NCBI RefSeq assembly: GCF_006345805.1
Contig: NC_043004.1
Location: 103,478,001-103,542,000 of the forward strand
DNA: 64,000 nt
Source of the DNA: Octopus sinensis
Taxonomy: Eukaryota
Reading direction: 5' to 3'
Shown here: in pieces, positions 51,081 through 64,000 of the stretch
Numbering within the stretch: position 1 is the first letter of the stretch
Layout of the letters: every line of letters begins with the position of its first letter
The notes under the pieces: generated by a model
Told to the model about the DNA's origin: nothing
Databases searched by the model: none
The model's input: the letters and a program-made list of their open reading frames with translations, nothing else
Position numbers and translations under genes: made by a program

Positions 51081-51841
51081 ATATATTGGTGTGTTTATAC
51101 CATGTAACTTAGCACTTCGGCAAAAATCATCCATGAAGTGAGTCCTAGGCTTAAAAAATAAGTCCTGGGGTTGATTTGTTCTTGACTAAAACCCTTTAGG
51201 GCAGTGCTCCAACTTGGTCACAGTCAAATGGCTGAAACAAATAAAAAAAAAAAATAATGTGTACACACACACACACGCGGCTTTGGTTGACCCAGGGCTG
51301 TGGTGAAAGACATTGCCCCTGGTGCTGCACACTGGGTCTGAACCTGAAATCACATGATTGGGAAACAAGCTTCTTAACCTACATACAGTCGTGCCACCAG
51401 CCTTTATGTGGAAATTCAGTCTAGCTTAATTGCTACTCCATGCAAGAGTAGTCTTATATTTGTGTGTATTTGTGTGCTTGTGTGGTGTATGCCTGTACAT
51501 GCATGTGTGTGTGTGTGTCTGTACACATGTTTGTAAAAGTGTATATATGTGTGTTATGCTCTGATTGAAATATATCTGATCCATTTCTTGTTAATGATAC
51601 CATCCAACGCTGCATGAGAAGGATTGTCTTTTTTTTACTTTTTCCTTTTTTTTTCATATTTTACATCTATTTTTTTTCCCCAACATTGCTTGGATGTGTT
51701 GTTGCTTCTGCAAATTCAGTCTAATTTTTTTTTTTTTTTTAATTGTTTAAGCTTGTTTCTGAAACTTAATTGCTTATACAGTTACATGAAGGTCATTACT
51801 GACAAGTATTCTACAGAAGAGTGGTATGCTATTTCCTGCTT

Positions 51842-52145
51842 GGTATGGCACATTCTATCAGTAAATAGTTTAAATAACATGCTTCATTTCCGCCTTTCGA
51901 AGCGTGCTACATATGTTGACTTAGAACATTCAAGGTTAGATAGAAATGCTACCTATTTATAAATTCTTTAGACCAGGGGTCCCCAACCACTCGGTATGGC
52001 ACATTCTATCAGTAAATAGTTTAAATAACATGCTTCATTTCCGCCTTTCGAAGCGTGCTACATATGTTGACTTAGAACATTCAAGGTTAGATAGAAATGC
52101 TACCTATTTATAAATTCTTTAGACCAGGGGTCCCCAACCACTCGG
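51842..52145. repeat. Apparently exact 151-bp tandem duplication
   Basis: Units start at 51842 and 51993; each ends in the hAT-like terminus caggggtccccaacc. Confidence 0.9.
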
Positions 52146-55100
52146 CTGCAGATCATTTGGTACTGGGCATCCAGCTATAGAAACAATGCCAAAACAGATA
52201 ATGGAACCTTGTGCAGCCCCTGGCCTTACCTGCTTCTGTCAAACCATCCAGCTCATTCTAGTATGAAAAACAGACGTTAAATGGTGATGATTGTATTCTA
52301 TTGACTATCGAAGTCTCCAGGGTGTTTATTGCATTATATATTTATTAAAAAATATATATATTAGCAACGGGTCTTGGTGGGGGTTTATCTCCCCACTAGC
52401 AATATAAGTGAGTGTGTATTTTACACCAAAAGTATCTGCTGTCATATAGTTTATTCCAACCGAACATCCATGTTTAAGTGGGCATAAATATTACCTCTCT
52501 ATATTTATCAAATGTGTAATGATTAAATTGTATAATATGCACTTAGTGTTTTGTTATGCATATGATCTCCTGGTCCATGGTGCAAAAAAATTTTGGGCCC
52601 ACTACGTTTTTTGGGGACTGTGGTTCCAAGAAAATTTTGGGACTACAAAAAGATATGTTGTTTACCTGCCAGATTAACCCTCTACTCTGCAGACTTTTCT
52701 AAGCTTTTCTTAAGTGTTTTATATCTTGGACTATTCTATCTTATACATCTCTCTATTTTCAAGATGGCAGGGTGAAATTTAAATGAAATTTGGCTGCTAT
52801 TTCTAAGGACACTAGCAACCACATAAGGACTCCTACAATACTGTGCCAAACATGCATGCTGATGTGGTTGGTGATTAATTATTGCTGTTGTCCTAAGCTG
52901 ATAAGATAAACATCCTCTCTGATAGGATGTGGGTCTATGGTTTATAACTTTCCCGAGTTTATCTTCCACAAATGCCCTGCAGTAAGATGTGAACTTGTAA
53001 CCTACAACTCCTAAAGAATAGAGCAACTGCTCTCTCTATCTTTTTCTAGTGTGGAGGGCAAATGACTGCCCTCTGCTGCCATATTTATGAATAAAGTATG
53101 GAGAGTACAGCAATTGTTTCTATCCTTATATTATTAGTAGAGTTACTGCTTTAATATATTTTACATCTGGAGATGGGTGTGTTTGTGTGTGGAGTGCACT
53201 GAACCTCTGCATGCACATGTCAGGGGGTGGGGGAGTGGCTGGACTAGTTTGTGTGTGGTGGTAAGAGTCCTGAGTGTGGTGGTTACAGCATGTATGTGTG
53301 TGTGTTTAAGGTGGAGAGGGAGAACCTGAGCATGAAGAGAGGTGGGGAATGAATGGGAAAGTAAGGGGGGGGGGGGAAGAGCTGCATGTAAATGTATTTA
53401 GGGGAGGAATAAATGAATGTTATTGGCAGAAGAAGTAATTATAGTTGGAATTTGGATGGGGTGAGGGTGGAATAAGACTTTAGCAGCAAAATGGTTTTTG
53501 GGAAAGTATAGAAGTGGTAGCTAATCGTTGTTATTTCTCCCTAACATCAGCCTCGATTGAGCAGACCCCTAATCAAAGGATTTTCAAACACTATGACCAC
53601 CCCCTTTTCTTTTCTTTTTTTTTTTTTTTTTCAGGTTTGGTAAATTCATATTATGCCTCAGACCATATCTGATGTCCCCTTTAAGATGGTCGGATGTGGT
53701 TTGAAGGAGATTTTATTGTTGTTTCTATTAAGTTGAATGACTATAGAAAGCAGTGATTCATAGCCATTTGAGGTTTAAAAAATCCTATTTTTTAATTAAC
53801 TATTATTAGGAATTGTATTAAAAAAATTAAAATATTTTGTGTATTGGAGAAGTATAACCAATTTATTGCACATAAATTTTAACAAATTCTCATATGGACC
53901 CCGATTGAGAATTACTTATATAGAAGCTCCCTCATCTGCTCAAATGCTAGATGTAGGGTGTCAGTGGTCAAAATATTGACTTTCATTTGTCTTTTTTTAT
54001 GTAAGCAACATCCTACTACATAGGTTTTGTAACTTAGCCAGGTTGCAAATTCTGTGATTTAATAGAATCTAAGTTTAATTCTCCCTCCCTGCCCAGGGCC
54101 ATCTTAGCTTTATAAATCCCTGGGCCCTATAGATTTTATTTATTGATAGCAGGGCTTCTAGACTTGTGGGGTCCCTTTGGCACTGACCCTATCCATATTG
54201 TATCTAGTTATTGTTGCACTCAATGAATAAATGAGATAGTCTCTGTCATTGTCATCATTCAGTGTCCATGCTCCATACTGGCATGGGTTGGTTGGTTTGA
54301 CAAGATCCAATGGGTCCAAGGGCTGCATCATGCTCCAGTGTCTGCTTTGGCATGGTTTCTATAGCTGGATGCCCTCCTGAATGCCAGCCATTTTACAGTA
54401 TGTACTAGATGCTTTATTAAAAATTTTTTTTTTGTGCTACCAGCATGAGTGAGGTCACCATGTAGCTTGCAGGACTATGAACACTAAAGTTGGTGGGCTT
54501 TATGTGAGGAGATGAGGGATAAAGTATGAGTGAAGAGAGGCAGAGCAGCTTCTTGATGTAGACAAGCTACAGGGCTACACTAATTTAGACGAGAGAGTGT
54601 GAGTGATCAGTAGGCAATAAAGGAAGCTGATGATGATGAATGTTGCTGGGTAACATATTGGACAAGTAAGTGTCTGCCATAAGACATAAGCCATGTGAAT
54701 GAAGAGATAGTGGTAACCAAGTGTACAGGTGCCCCCCCCCCCTCAAAGGTTTTGGGTGAGTGGAAGTGAGTGAGGACCGTGGGACTTGGAGTGTAGGTCA
54801 GTGGGGACCTGCAAGAGTTTGCGGATGTGCACCCACCACAAATTTTTTAATAAAATCTCATTCTTCTCATTGGAAGGAGGGACACATTAGATACTGTAGT
54901 TCTAGGTACCCTCCTGAAATACCAGATGGCAGTGGTGGTCATGGCTGCAATACTTTTATTCATAGTTTTGTTTGGTCTGTATTGGCCTGGGGTTTAACAC
55001 CAGCTTGACGCATGATGAAAATTAATTACTCATGCACAAAAAGAAAATACAATTTCAAATTAATTTATTCAAAATCTTGTTAGAAAATCTAGTTTGATTA

Positions 55101-56029
55101 ATATAACAAAATCAATTTTATCCCATCATAGCAGTTAGTAAAAAGCTGGTTTATTGTTTTATTTAATTACTGTATGACATTATTCATCATTTTGCTGGCT
55201 ACACTCAAGTTTAGGGGAAGTTAGAGTAAACAAGGTTAATGTTTAATTTAAACTTTAACTAGTAATTAACTTTTAAAAGGGGGAAATTTGGCTGAAACCA
55301 GTTCATGACCATGTGGCTAAGAAATTTACCAGATTCAGTGTTGAAGTACTGAAGGACAACTGCTGAACTATTTGGTCAAGATGACAAAGAACTGAGATAC
55401 TCAAGAAGGCCCATCCACCTGCGCAGAAGTGTTAAAACCACATCCCCTGGTGAAGAGGATCAGCCTGCAATGGTTTTGTGCTGGTTCCACGTTGAAAGCA
55501 CTCATGCTGGTGCCACATAAAAGGGCTCATGACAGTAGACATTAAGAGCACCCAGTACACACTGTGTAAGGTGGCTGGCTTTTGGAAAGCTGTCCAGCCA
55601 TAGAAATCAAGCCAAATTTAACCGAATAGAACCTGGTGCAGCTTGCCAGCTCTAGTCAAACCGTCCAACTCATGCCAGCATGGAAAACAGGTGTTAAAGG
55701 GTGCTGATGATGGATAACATGTTGGACAAGTAAGTGTCTACCATAAAACATGAGCCATGTGAGTGAAATTGGAGCGGCAGAAACTTTGTGTGCGTGGGGG
55801 GGGGGTATTGAAAGAACTGTTCCTGTTTTTGGCTGGTAGACTTCTTCTGTAGGTTAGTTAAAACCCACCTTTTGACCCTTGAGAGCTTTTTGTGAGCCTG
55901 TGGTTTGAGGTTAACCTATGAGCCCATTATTTCTTCCTCTTTCTCCACCAGCCTTGAAGGTCATATAAAGGTCATGACTACTGACCTGTCATGTCTGAAT
56001 AAAATATATATAAAAACAAACAATAAAAA

Positions 56030-57322
56030 TGTGCAGGTGTGGCTGTGTGGTTAAGAAGCTGGCTTTGTAACCCTGTGGTTTCAGGTTCAGTCCCGCTGTG
56101 CAGCACCTTGGGCAAGTGTCTTATACTATAGCCCTAAGCTGACTAAATGCTTTATGAGTGAATTTGGTCAACAAAAACAATGTGGAAGTCCACTCTGTGT
56201 GTGAGTGTGTGTGTATATGTGACTTAGTTTCTCTCCCATCTGCAACTGGTGTTGGTTTATGTCCCTTTAACTTAGAAGTTTAGTGAAAGATACTGATAGG
56301 ATAACTACCCAACTTAAAAAAAAAGTACTGGAGTCGATTTGTTTGATTAAACCTAAGGGCTGTTTTCCAGTGACACTGAAACGGGTAAAAGAGATGTCTG
56401 TAGACATCTCCAAGCAATCCCATTATCTCCTTGTTTCAGTCATTGGACTGTGGCTCTGCTGGGTAATCACCTTGAAAGATTTAGTCATACAAATTGCCCC
56501 CTGGTACTTATTTTTAATACTTGATACTTTATCAGTTTCTTTTTGCCAAACTGCTAAGTTATGGTGGATGTAAAGACCAACATTGGTTGTGAAAAGGTGG
56601 ATGGGTGGGAAAGACTCCCTTCCGTGTGTGTATGTGTGTGTATCTGATTGGCTTTCAGAGTTCCCACCTATCAAATTCATTCATGAGACATTGGTCGTCC
56701 AGGAGCTATAGCAGACACTTGCCCACTGTGCTGCACAATGGGACTGAACTTGAAACCACATGGTTGCAAAACAAGCTTCTTAACCACACAGCCATGCCTG
56801 CCCCTATTGCATGCATTTTCTGAATTATTATTTTGAATTATAGTGAACCAGGTTATTGGAATTGCTGTTTTAGCTCCTTGATCAATCCTGATCAAGTAAA
56901 CCTATGCTCATTGATACTCTTTTACTCTTTAACTTGTTTCAGTCATTTGACTGCGGCCATGCTGGAGCACCGCCTTTGATTGAGCAACTCGACCCCAGGA
57001 CTTATTCTTTTTGTAAGCCCAGTACTTATTCTATCGGTCTCTTTTGCCGAACCGCTAAGTGACGGGGACGTAAACACACCAGCATCGGTTGTCAAGCAAT
57101 GCTAGGGGGACAAACACAGACACACAAACAAACACACATACATCTATATATACATATATACGACAGGCTTCTTTCAGTTTCCGTCTATGAAATCCACTCA
57201 CAAGGCATTGGTCGGCCCGGGGCTATAGCAGAAGACACTTGCCCAAGATGCCACGCAGTGGGACTGAACCCGGAACATGTGGTTGGTTAGCAAGCTACTT
57301 ACCACACAGCCACTCCTGCGCC
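56030..57322. mobile_element. Cluster of three SINE B: + old (~56030-56400), - old (~56425-56805), - young (56915-57322)
   Basis: Similarity to family B; first two are tail-to-tail. Confidence 0.75.
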
Positions 57323-57827
57323 TGACTGTTCCTTAAAATGAAAGATCACCATCATCATTTGATATCTGTTTTCCATGCTGACATGGGTTGGATGGTTTGG
57401 TAGGAGCTGGCAAGAAAGACAAAGCACTGTGCCAAGCTCCAGTGTCTGTTTTGGCAGGATTTCTATGCTCAAATACCCTTCCTTAATGCCAACCATTTAA
57501 CAATGTGTACTGGGTGCTTTACAAATAGCACAGAATGGTACTGCCTGTAAGAGTTGGCAATGAGTAAAGCAAGGGATTGAATGTGCAGATAGCTCACCAG
57601 AAACATATATTACTATAATCTGTTGAAATAAACCTTTTAATTGTGAATGCAATTCTAACTGAACAGCCATGATTACAAGTGTCTTAGCTGTGACCTTCCT
57701 GTCTATCCAATTTGTTCTTGTTTTTTTTTAAAGATGATAAAGTATGATTTTAAAGAAATTTAGCTGCTATTTCTAGCATGTCAACTGACCAACTGCAGGT
57801 TCTGTAGGACTGGTCACTTGAAACTGT

Positions 57828-57968
57828 TTGTCCTAATATATATTGCTGTTTTTGTTATATTTATCTAACTTGACTTGTCCTAATATGTATTGGTGTTTCT
57901 GTTATATTTATCTAACTTGACTTGTCCTAATATGTATTGATGTTTCTGTTATATTTATCTAACTTGAC
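57828..57968. repeat. 47-bp tandem repeat x3
   Basis: ttgtcctaatatgtattggtgtttctgttatatttatctaacttgac at 57828, 57875 and 57922. Confidence 0.95.
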
Positions 57969-59472
57969 TTATAGATCTTAGTCCAGTGCTGGTGTAAGTA
58001 ATTGTTCATACAACTTGGTGGTTCAAATTTTGTTGTTCAGTCCAGTCTCAGACCAAAGCTATTCCAGTCTGTGACCTACCTCCATCTTGTGTCTGGACAA
58101 AGTATATCTAACATTATCTAAAGTCACCTTCACTTATTGTTATTTTTAAGGATGATAGGATGCAGCTTCAGGGAGGTTTTGTAGGTAGAGTAAACAACAG
58201 CAGAAAGACTTGTTTGTTTACTCCCTTTTTGGAAAAGCTCTGTTGAAAGATAGACAAGACAAGAGCTGATTGTAAGAATTATCTAGAAGACTGGCACTGG
58301 TAGCTGGTGAAAGCGGGGAGTGAGAGAGAGGAGAGAATGGGTTATAAAATGGGTGTATAGTGTTTCAAGTGACAGATTAATATTATTCATTAATTGTAGA
58401 AAAGATAATGGAGTTTTTAATTGAAAAGGGTAGGGCAAAGAGCTGTAACAACAATTTATGTTGGCACAAAACCAGAAATTTGTAAGATTTATATGTAGTC
58501 TTGATGGAATTGGCCTTTACACGTGTCTTGTATTGTGTTGGCTATAGCAAGATTTGAACTCTGAATGTATAAGGATCACCATTGTCTTAGCATCCACTTT
58601 TTTCATGCTTGCATGGATCAGATGGAATTTGTTGAGGCATATTTTCTATGGCTTGATGCCCTTTTTGTCACCAATTCTCACCTGTTTTCAATACATGTTT
58701 GCATGGAATATTGTGAATGAAGGACATGGCTTACATGATAAGTGTCATCACCATGCAACTATTAGACAATGTCAAAGGAGATTGTAACATATGCACACAC
58801 ACATTTGAAGGGCTTCTTTCAGTTTCTTCTTGCCAAATCCACTCACAAGTCTTTAGTCAGCCTAGGGCTATAGTAGAAGACACTTACCAAAAGTGCCTGC
58901 CATACAGAGGGACTGAACCTGAAACCATATGGTTTGGAAACAAACTTCTTGTCACACAGCTTTATCTACACCTGTAGAAGGTTACTAAATAATTTAGGGT
59001 AGTTTAGAGGGGACTTCTACATGCTCCCTTGACCTACTAGAAACAGTAGACAAATTTGCCTCAAGTAATATGCCAGGGAATGACATATTAGATGATGCAT
59101 GACCAGAAAGACAGGATGGTCATGGGATCATAGGTTTGTTTGATGGGATTTGATCTGGAGCTCAACAACCATTGCCTTTCTATGAGTTTGTTTCTCCTGT
59201 GTGTGTGTGTGTGTGTGTGTGTTTGTGTATAGATGCATATTTATATGTGCAGGTATATGCATATGTGTATATGTTTACATATGAATATGTATATGTGCAG
59301 TATGTGTTTTTGTGTATATATACATATATATATCAATAGATAGATGGATATATATGAGCATATATATGCTTTTGAGTATGTATATATATATATATGTATA
59401 GATATACATGTATGAATGCATATATGCATATCATCATCATCGTTTAACGTCTGTTTTCCGCGCTAGCATGGG

Positions 59473-59531
<59 letters not shown>

Positions 59532-59640
59532 CAGAGAGAGATGTATGAGCATATATATGCTTATGAGTGTATATGTGTGTGTGTGTATATATATAAGAGC
59601 GTATGTATGTGTGTATATATATATATAAAGAGCATATGTA

Positions 59641-59695
<55 letters not shown>

Positions 59696-59835
59696 AGCAT
59701 GTGTATGCATGTGTGTGTGTTTTATAAAAGTCTTAGGAAGGGAAATGTGCTGAGAACAACACCGCAAAGACGCCCTCCCTCCAATTTTCAAGTGGAATTG
59801 TTGTAGGAGTGGTTGAAACCATTTTCTCACTTTGG

Positions 59836-59868
<33 letters not shown>

Positions 59869-61299
59869 CTTCCACCTAAGGTAGGACTTGTCTACCTTCA
59901 TTTTCTACTTCGATACCTTTTTTTTTTATAAAAAAAAGTTCCTTTGCTTGGAATTTGCCAAGGACACAGAGTGCAGTGCTTAGGGATTTTATGTTTACGC
60001 TCCTTCTTCTCATGCCAAGGGCATTAATGACATGAGTAGAATCAAGCAGGTTTTCAGTCAGAAGTTGAAACAAGTTTTGCAATTTCTTCACTCGGAATTT
60101 AGCACCAGGAGATCTTAATACCTGCCAACAATAATAATGGTAATGATGTTGATTGTTAATGATGATGGTGATGACTTGCCTCTAGATGATGATGATGACT
60201 TAATTCTTGGCACAAGGCCAAGTTTATAGAGGTGGGGGCATAGACAATTTAATCAACTCCATTTTATTTATGTTTATTCCAAACATCAGTCCTGGGAGGC
60301 TGATGAAAGGCAGAAACCCATGCAAGCATGAACTGAATTCAACTACTGTAAAATACTTCACCTTTCTGAAATCAACAAGCGAGACTCTTATTTGGTTACT
60401 CAGCTTGTTAGAAATACCAGCCAAGTCTCTTTTGATGCTTCTTTAATTCCTTTGACCCCGTGTGGAGCATGGGGCACCAACAAGAGACCTCATATGTTCT
60501 CTTGCTGGTATTTCTTTAGCGATGTAGAAAATTGTTTGTGCAGAGCTGCTAACTCTATACCTACTGCCCTCCTCCCGTCTCAACCAGGATTGGGACTGGC
60601 AGCACCGGAGTTCCTCTTGACTCACATCCTGCCAATTTTTAAGAAAATGGAAGGTGTAATGTAACCCTAGATAAACTGTTTGAATAAAAAGATGGGATGG
60701 TCATGGATGGAATGATTTCTATCGTATGCTAGCTCAATTAGCACTAACCCGGAGAGTAACAACCTCTGTTGCTTTGTATTGACTGTATTATAAGGTGTGT
60801 TGCTCCAGATGTTTGAGTGTAAGAACAAGTTGTGTTGTTTATGTACCTGTCTTGAATGCATTAGTGAAGTTATTCTCTCTTTCTTTTCGCAAGTGTGGGA
60901 ATCCAAAGTATATTGCAGTTAACCTGCTTCAACATAACTGCGTAAAAGCAAAAAAACAAAAAAAAATTGTAACCATCACTAGCAGAGTGCATGTCACTTG
61001 GTCGTGTGTACTGTGCTATTGCTAATGGTTTTAAGTGTCAGTGTACTGGTGAACAGTTTCTTAGCTTTCTCAATCTTTTGACCCAGCAGAAAATAGGGGA
61101 TATGACAGGTGGGCATTGGTTGGAGAGGGCTCCAGCAACACAAGGCTTTTCAGCTGAGTGGACTGGTTCTGTGTGAAATGTATATCTGCTGATAAACACA
61201 ATGTGCTGTCTGATCCATGAATGAAACCCAGGAGCTTATGATCTGTTGCACCTGAGCCTTATTCCTTCATTATGTATGCTGCAATTTATTTAACTGGAT

Positions 61300-61565
61300 C
61301 AGTGGTTCTCAACCTGGGCCCATTTGGTCCTTGAGGGCCCGTATAAGATTTTGTTAAAATTTATCTGCAGTAAATTGGTTATACTTCTCCAATACATAAA
61401 ATATTTTAATTTTTTTTATACAATTCGAAATAATATTTAATTATAAAATTATAAATTATAAATAATTTAATGATAAAAATATGATAGAATGTTTTAAACA
61501 TTGAATAACTAGGAAGGTCCATCTATAGGAATCAATGGGGCCCATAGGTTAAAGATGGTTGAACT
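61300..61565. mobile_element. Decayed hAT Charlie-type MITE
   Basis: 5' end cagtggttctcaacc; 3' end only a partial ggttga. Confidence 0.55.
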
Positions 61566-62104
61566 AGATTCAAGGCCTGTTCTGTTGAGGAGCATGTGCA
61601 AGTGACTGAATTGATCCCATTGTATCAGTGAGGGGTTGGAAAGTCAGTTCAGTCATTTTGGACCAAATATTACAACACCATAAGGCATGCCATGTAACTA
61701 CGTCATCTGTACTAACCCTCTTGTTTGAAATATTGATAGCAATGAAGGTGATGATAATACTCTGTTCAATGTATAAATTCAGACTAATATTGCTTGGATC
61801 CTTTTTCTTCCAAACTCTCTACATTGTGTGTGTGTGTGTGCATGTAACACAGAGTAGACGAAACAGGGACAACTGAAGAAGGGGAATATTCCTTGTGTTG
61901 TATGTCTTGTACTCTGTTTTTTCATTGTTTGAAAAAAAGTTTGTTTCCAGGTTTTTGTTTTTATGTTTTCGTTTTTCATTGTGTTCAACGTTTTTTTGAT
62001 GTCCTGTACCCATATATGCATGTATATATACATATAGATGTAGGTATGTACATATATGTATGTATATATGCATATATTTATAAATTATTTATATATTATA
62101 TAAT

Positions 62105-62515
62105 CTTCATTTAATGTCTGTTTTCCATACTGACAGATGTTTGGCAGTTTGACAGGAGCTGGGGAGCTGCCCGGACTCCAACTGTCTGTTGTGGCATGGT
62201 TTCTAAGGCTGGATGCCCTTCTTAATGCTAACCACTTTACAGAATGTGCTGAGTACTTTTTATATGCCACTAGCATGGATGCATCTATGGAGCACTGGGA
62301 TGTGTACATTTCATGTGGTACCAGCACCTGTAAAGGACAAGCCTGTATGACAGAGATTTTACTTAGCTTGGCATGTCTTCTCAAGTACAGCAAATCGTCA
62401 CAAATCCCAGTCCCTTGTCATCTCCTCAGTGAGGCCCAGCATCCAAAAATCTTTTCTCACCTCTTCATCCCATGTCTTCCTGCGTCTATCCCTTTCACAG
62501 GTTCCCTCCACAATT
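62105..62515 (-). mobile_element. RTE LINE 3' fragment (end of ORF plus 3' UTR)
   Basis: Minus strand RRRKTWDEEVRKDFWMLGLTEEMTRDWDLWRFAVLEKT (RTE C-terminal GRPRKTW..D...LGL...DR..WR pattern) running into the recurrent 3' UTR. Confidence 0.8.
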
Positions 62516-63094
62516 GGAGCATATATATATATATATATACATATATAAACACGTGTGTGTGTGTGATCATTTTTAATGGCCACTTTACCATGGTTGTGTG
62601 GGTTGGACAGTGTCTGTTGAGACAGATTTTCTACAGCCAGGTGCCCTTCCTGTCATCAACCCTCATCTATTTTCAAGCAAGATATTTCTTCACAGCCAAG
62701 CTTTTTTTTTTGCAGAACATTAGAAATGAAGGAATGACACTGCTTGTATGACAGTGACAATTATTTATAACTATTACATGATATCAAGGCGAGTTGGCAC
62801 CAACACACACACACACTCTCTCTGTCTCATACACACACACAGAGGCTTCTTTCAATTTCATATACCAAATCAACTCTCAAAGCTTTGGTTGGCCTGGGGC
62901 TATAGCAGAAACTTACCCAAGGTGCTACTCAGTGGAACTGAACCCAAAACCACATGGTTGAGAGGCAGACTTCTTAACCACACAGCCATATACAGTTAAA
63001 ACTGCTTTTTGTCCATACAAACACTGAACCTTGACTGAATAAAGGACTATTTGATGCCTTTAATCAGCCACTGATTGTTTTGTACATATGAAAA

Positions 63095-63655
63095 TATAGA
63101 ATCACTTCACTTTACGAGGACCTGCTTTATGACACCCTGGGTTTATGAGTTTTAATTTTCCAAGCACAAGATCCAAATTTTGAATGAAGTGCAAAAGTTT
63201 CTACTACCATAACTAATGCTTCTGCATATTACCAAGAAATTTATAGAGAACAAAAGAAAGCTTCTTCTAAGCAAACAACTCTAGACATGTTTCTAAAAAA
63301 GAAATCTGCAAGTCTGTCTACAAGTGCTTGTGAATTGGCAATCGTGTCTACAAGTGGTGTGTACAAGTCTAGTGTGAGTGAAAGTAATTCAGGAAATGAT
63401 AAAAATAATTTTTTTTTATTATAAATGATCTTGATATTCATTTTTCTTACATAAAATATTCTTTACATCCTAATGTTATTTTATTGCCATTTATTTACGA
63501 GTGTTATAAATTTTACAGGTAAAATATCTTTCTGGGAATGAATTACAATTTATAACATTGCTGCTACGGGAAATTATTGCTCTGCTTTACGAGTTTTTGC
63601 TTCATGGACAATCTTTGGGAACAAATTAACTCGTATATTGAATCATTACTGTACA
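63095..63655 (+). mobile_element. Internally deleted Tigger-like element
   Basis: Retains C-terminal QDPNFE*SAKV..YYQEIYREQKKASSKQTTLDMFLKK; TIR-like ends ..ttcactttacgag / ctcgtatattgaatcattactgta. Confidence 0.7.
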
Positions 63656-63916
63656 CATTTTTTAAAACTGTGTATACACATGATATATAATGGGAATATG
63701 TCTGTTATTCAGGATGTAATAGATTTTTGTATGGAATATAAACAAAACCCTTCTAAAATGGTACTGGTTCTTTATTAACAATTCCAGCAGACCTATAGCT
63801 GAAGAATTTTCCATATCAGCAGAAAGGTTATCAAATGTGTTCCAGTTCATCTTCACTTTATAGTTATGATATTACTAGAACTACATCATGTGTCTTTTAC
63901 TTTTTAAAGACATTAA

Positions 63917-64000
63917 CCCTTTCAATACCAACCTGGCTGAAACCACCTCTGGCTCTGTAGAACAAATATCTTGCTTTCATAAGTTCTGAATTAAAATCTT
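63917..64000 (+). mobile_element. Left end of a piggyBac-like element, truncated by the window
   Basis: TTAA|CCCTTTC start at 63913-63923; other end not visible. Confidence 0.5.

Noticed and set aside
53600-53700. Strong polypyrimidine/AG acceptor at ~53635
   Set aside because: Downstream sequence belongs to a dispersed repeat (..gagatttggctgctatttctagc..) also seen near 19.7, 48.7, 52.8, 57.7 and 58.1 kb.
63700-63870. Short + strand frames (DVIDFCMEYKQNPSKM; IFVWNINKTLLKWYWFF..)
   Set aside because: No consistent acceptor, donor and frame combination, and no recognisable homology.

Overview
Eukaryotic, AT-rich, repeat-saturated DNA. The SINE families, RTE LINE tails and dense (TA)n/(CA)n/(CATA)n microsatellites resemble an octopus (coleoid cephalopod) genome; this is recognised from memory, not from a search. 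No confidently identifiable protein-coding gene is present, and most supplied ORFs are microsatellite translations. Supported content: decayed DNA transposons (two Tigger/pogo, one mariner, two hAT transposase relics, several MITEs, a non-autonomous Helitron, a piggyBac-like end), CR1 and RTE LINE 3' fragments, dozens of tRNA-derived SINEs of three main families (called A, B and C here), and a damaged tRNA-Thr(UGU). A likely + strand promoter and first exon at about 37.7-38.0 kb is followed by a CpG-depleted, intron-like domain from about 44.5 kb. The most interesting signal is a set of short, non-coding Penelope-like elements from several families that carry minimal type I hammerhead ribozyme folds (18.6, 31.8, 47.2 and 51.0 kb; degenerate at 35.5 kb). 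One sits behind a Pol III tRNA-like head, two have inverted partial copies that stop in the ribozyme stem II loop, and several sit in (TA)n tracts, including the internal tract of SINE family B. Repeat boundaries are read by eye and are approximate.
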